This document shows, piece by piece, positions 61,400-64,000 of a DNA stretch of 64,000 nt. Position 1 is the stretch's first letter. Each line of letters opens with the position of its first letter. The notes beneath the pieces are model-generated. The model was not told the origin of the DNA. It did not search any database and saw only the letters and a list, made by a program, of their open reading frames with translations. The stretch is from Azolla caroliniana (taxonomy: Eukaryota > Plantae > Polypodiophyta). The translations under genes were made by a program, and so were the position numbers. Where the stretch lies: contig JBHGNT010000005.1 in NCBI GenBank assembly GCA_043228905.1, forward strand, positions 4,340,001 to 4,404,000, in the 5' to 3' direction.

Positions 61400-62764
61400 A
61401 TGGTGGAGAGTAAGCAAAAGCCATTTCCACCGGTTCATAGAGCTTCTTCTTCATCTTCATCGAAAAATTCTGAAGGATGGAATGATATGGAGAGAATCAA
61501 TGTTCAATCAATCAAGGATCATATAGCAAAGAGAGTTGGAATAGAGAAAGCAAAGAGGTATTTCTCTCACTTTCGAAGGTTTTTAAGCTTGGGGCTAAGT
61601 AAACCCAAGCTCGATAAGCTTGTAGTGAAAACAATTGGTAAAGAGAATGTATCATTGCATAATCAACTTGTAAGAGCTATATTGAGCAATGCTGTGAAAG
61701 GGAAAGTATCACCTATTCAGAGCGTTCAAAGTGCTCCTTCAAAACCACCTCTGATACCAAATTCTCCTTGTGTTACAAGTGAAGATACCATACATTATGC
61801 TTCACCATCGACCTTAATATCTAATGGAGATTCATTTCTTCCTTCACCTCGGAGAGGAAGAACTCTTCGAGACCATAAAGCTAGCCCACTTGGGCCTCGA
61901 GAAGATCATTCTCATTCAACCCCAGATTTATTTAGATCAACCCAGCAATTGGATGGTGTCAAGCCTGATGATGAATTGAATAGATCTCTTCAACCGCTTA
62001 CCAAACGAACTAAGCTTAGTGGCAGTGGTATAACTGAATTAACCATACTGTCTGGTGAGAATAGTGGTTTGCTCATAGAAGGGAGGGATGATGCTATTTT
62101 GTCTGGTGAGAATGATAGTTTGCTTAAGGAAAGAAGAGAAGAGGCTATATTGTGTGACGACAATGGTGGCATGCTTAAGGAAAGGGGGGACGATGCAATG
62201 TCTCTTTCTTTTCCATTCAGAAGCCCGCTCCATGCATTACAAAGCACTCATCACAAGGTTTTGCCACAAGCTCTTCCTCATATTTTGCAAGAAGCTTTTG
62301 AGGAGGACTCTATTGATGCTAGAAAGCTTCCAGATGGAGATAGTATGCACATGTACATGGAACAGATGACTGAAACAGAGGGTTTAGAGGGTGTTAGTAG
62401 AGATAGTGCTGACATACTCAACCTTGCATTAGATGCATACTTAACTAGACTGATTAGATCATATACAAATGCAATAAGATCTCAAAATACATATACAGAT
62501 ACTTCATCAGATAAAAGTGGTAAAGAAGGTGGTCCTAAAGCTCATCATCAAAGTATAAATGGTGTACGGCAGGGGCAATATATGAAGGTTGAACATCGTA
62601 AGAAAGATAAAGAAAAGCTGAGAAGTCCAATATCTCTTACAGATTTTAAGGTTGCAGTAGATTTGAACCCTCAACTACTTGGAGGTGATTGGGCTCTACA
62701 ATTAGAAAAGATATCGTTTCGAATGTTTGATCAAATAGCCCCTACAAAAGATAATCGTCACTGA
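61400..62764 (+). CDS. ADA1: SAGA complex subunit ADA1 (Hfi1/TADA1), 454 aa, single coding exon
   Basis: First in-frame ATG at 61400. SAGA-Tad1 N-terminal motif RINVQSIKDHIAKRVGIEKAKRYFSHFRRFLSLGLSKPKLDK...IGKENVSLHNQLVRAILSNA. Histone-fold LPDGDSM...EGLEGVSRDSADILNLALDAYLTRLI. C-terminus ISLTDFKVAVDLNPQLLGGDWALQLEKI. Probable 5'UTR intron ~60548-60625. Confidence 0.9.
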   Translation: MVESKQKPFPPVHRASSSSSSKNSEGWNDMERINVQSIKDHIAKRVGIEKAKRYFSHFRRFLSLGLSKPKLDKLVVKTIGKENVSLHNQLVRAILSNAVKGKVSPIQSVQSAPSKPPLIPNSPCVTSEDTIHYASPSTLISNGDSFLPSPRRGRTLRDHKASPLGPREDHSHSTPDLFRSTQQLDGVKPDDELNRSLQPLTKRTKLSGSGITELTILSGENSGLLIEGRDDAILSGENDSLLKERREEAILCDDNGGMLKERGDDAMSLSFPFRSPLHALQSTHHKVLPQALPHILQEAFEEDSIDARKLPDGDSMHMYMEQMTETEGLEGVSRDSADILNLALDAYLTRLIRSYTNAIRSQNTYTDTSSDKSGKEGGPKAHHQSINGVRQGQYMKVEHRKKDKEKLRSPISLTDFKVAVDLNPQLLGGDWALQLEKISFRMFDQIAPTKDNRH

Positions 62765-63681
62765 GATAAATGAACCTCGAAGTTGTGTCATAGATTTTGA
62801 TAGGAAATCATCTTGACGCCAATATTGTGAAAATGAATGACCTAATGACCTTCTTTGTGTTTACAATGGTGAGGCACCAACAGTATATGTTTTAGAGGAT
62901 ATTCGGAAAGATGAAAGTGTGTCTCTTTTGCAGTAGTTCAAGAAGGGAGATTTGTACCCACTTGAACAATTGAGAGAGAGAGATGGTGTAAGATGAAATT
63001 GGACTTAACAGCTTAGCATACAAGAAATTCCCCTTGTAAACATGAATTTATTCACTCCTTTATATTGTTTTTCCCCAACCTCAACATGTTTTGGGTTTTA
63101 TCCAATCCAAACACTGTGTCTGATGGCTTCCTGTTGTACTTGGAATAGAATCATATGTTCTCAGTTCTAGTATTAATATTCCTAGAGCCAATTGATATGT
63201 AACAGAGTCAGTCAAGTTTTGCTTCAACTGTGAGTTAACTCTTCCTTCTTTATCATTTGTCTAACCTTTTTTGTTTTGTTTTGATCTACAACTTTTGTAC
63301 ATATATATATGTTGAATGAAGGAAATATCTTTCAATTTCTGGCTGCTAACTACCTTGACATCACGAGAACTACTGGTTTGTCACAATTTGAGGCTGGTAT
63401 TCTCTTTGGCCGTCATTCTGAGTATTGTAGATGTGTTATATTCTTCCCATCTTTAAGGACTGTGTTCATATTAAAGAATTCTTCTGCTACTGTACTTGCT
63501 TAATCTTCTCCAGGTGATATGCCTGCTTCAAACATAGCTCCATTCTTTGACTTAATGCTACTAAGTATGGCATGCATGTCACATACCTCTGGTCTTCAGG
63601 GACTTTGTCCTCAGAGAAAAGAAAATTCTTTCGGCTACTCTGGTTTGCCTTACCCTCATTGGGTGAGGACTGCTTCAAAGG

Positions 63682-64000
63682 TTGGCTATGAAAACAGGAG
63701 TGAGTGATTGATATCTTCTTCTTTTCCAATCATCAGTGAGTTACTCTGGAAGCATTAAGGAACAACCCGGAGATTTCCTTAAGTGACATCAAAGAGAATC
63801 ATAATGCCCAGTGGTAACAATCTTCAAACCTCCCCGTCATTCAAACCTTGGCTATGAAGAAAGAGTTGGTGATTCATATCTTTCTCTTTTCTGACCATCA
63901 GCGAGTTACACTGGAAGCATTAAGGAACAATCTGGAGATTTCCTCAAGTGACATTGAAGAGAATCATAATGCCAAGCAATAACAAGCTTCAAACCTCCCC
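63682..64000. repeat. ~166-bp tandem repeat (2 copies visible, may continue off the window)
   Basis: TTGGCTATGAA...CTGGAAGCATTAAGGAACAA...GAGAATCATAATGCC...CTTCAAACCTCCCC at 63682-63835 and 63848-64000. Confidence 0.8.

Noticed and set aside
34216-62764. Functional cluster of nuclear/chromatin genes (PWR, NSRP1, ADA1, plus FANCI)
   Set aside because: No shared pathway or regulatory evidence in the sequence; likely chance neighbourhood unless synteny shows conservation.

Overview
Eukaryotic land-plant nuclear DNA. It is AT-rich with GT-AG introns, many microsatellites and TE relics. The PLS-class PPR gene, the TE types and the compact gene spacing suggest a fern, but the taxon is an inference. 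Seven protein-coding genes are supported: the 5' part of FANCI (-, runs off the left edge); an F-box/kelch protein with an unusual ~38-aa repeat N-terminal extension (+); a PLS-type PPR protein (-); a POWERDRESS/NCoR1-like SANT protein with three SANT domains (+); an uncharacterised TPR-like protein (+); NSRP1/CCDC55 (-); and SAGA subunit ADA1/TADA1 (+). The 16-32 kb interval is a TE graveyard of LINE, Ty3/gypsy, MITE, tRNA-derived and PPR fragments. Its most notable element is a young Ty1/copia copy (22723-27584) whose PBS-gag-PR-INT half is inverted between two same-orientation LTRs. The same 22 bp of integrase sequence is fused to both LTRs, which is the junction pattern expected of a re-integrated autointegration product. 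All exon coordinates and alignments were read by eye; no database searches were run.
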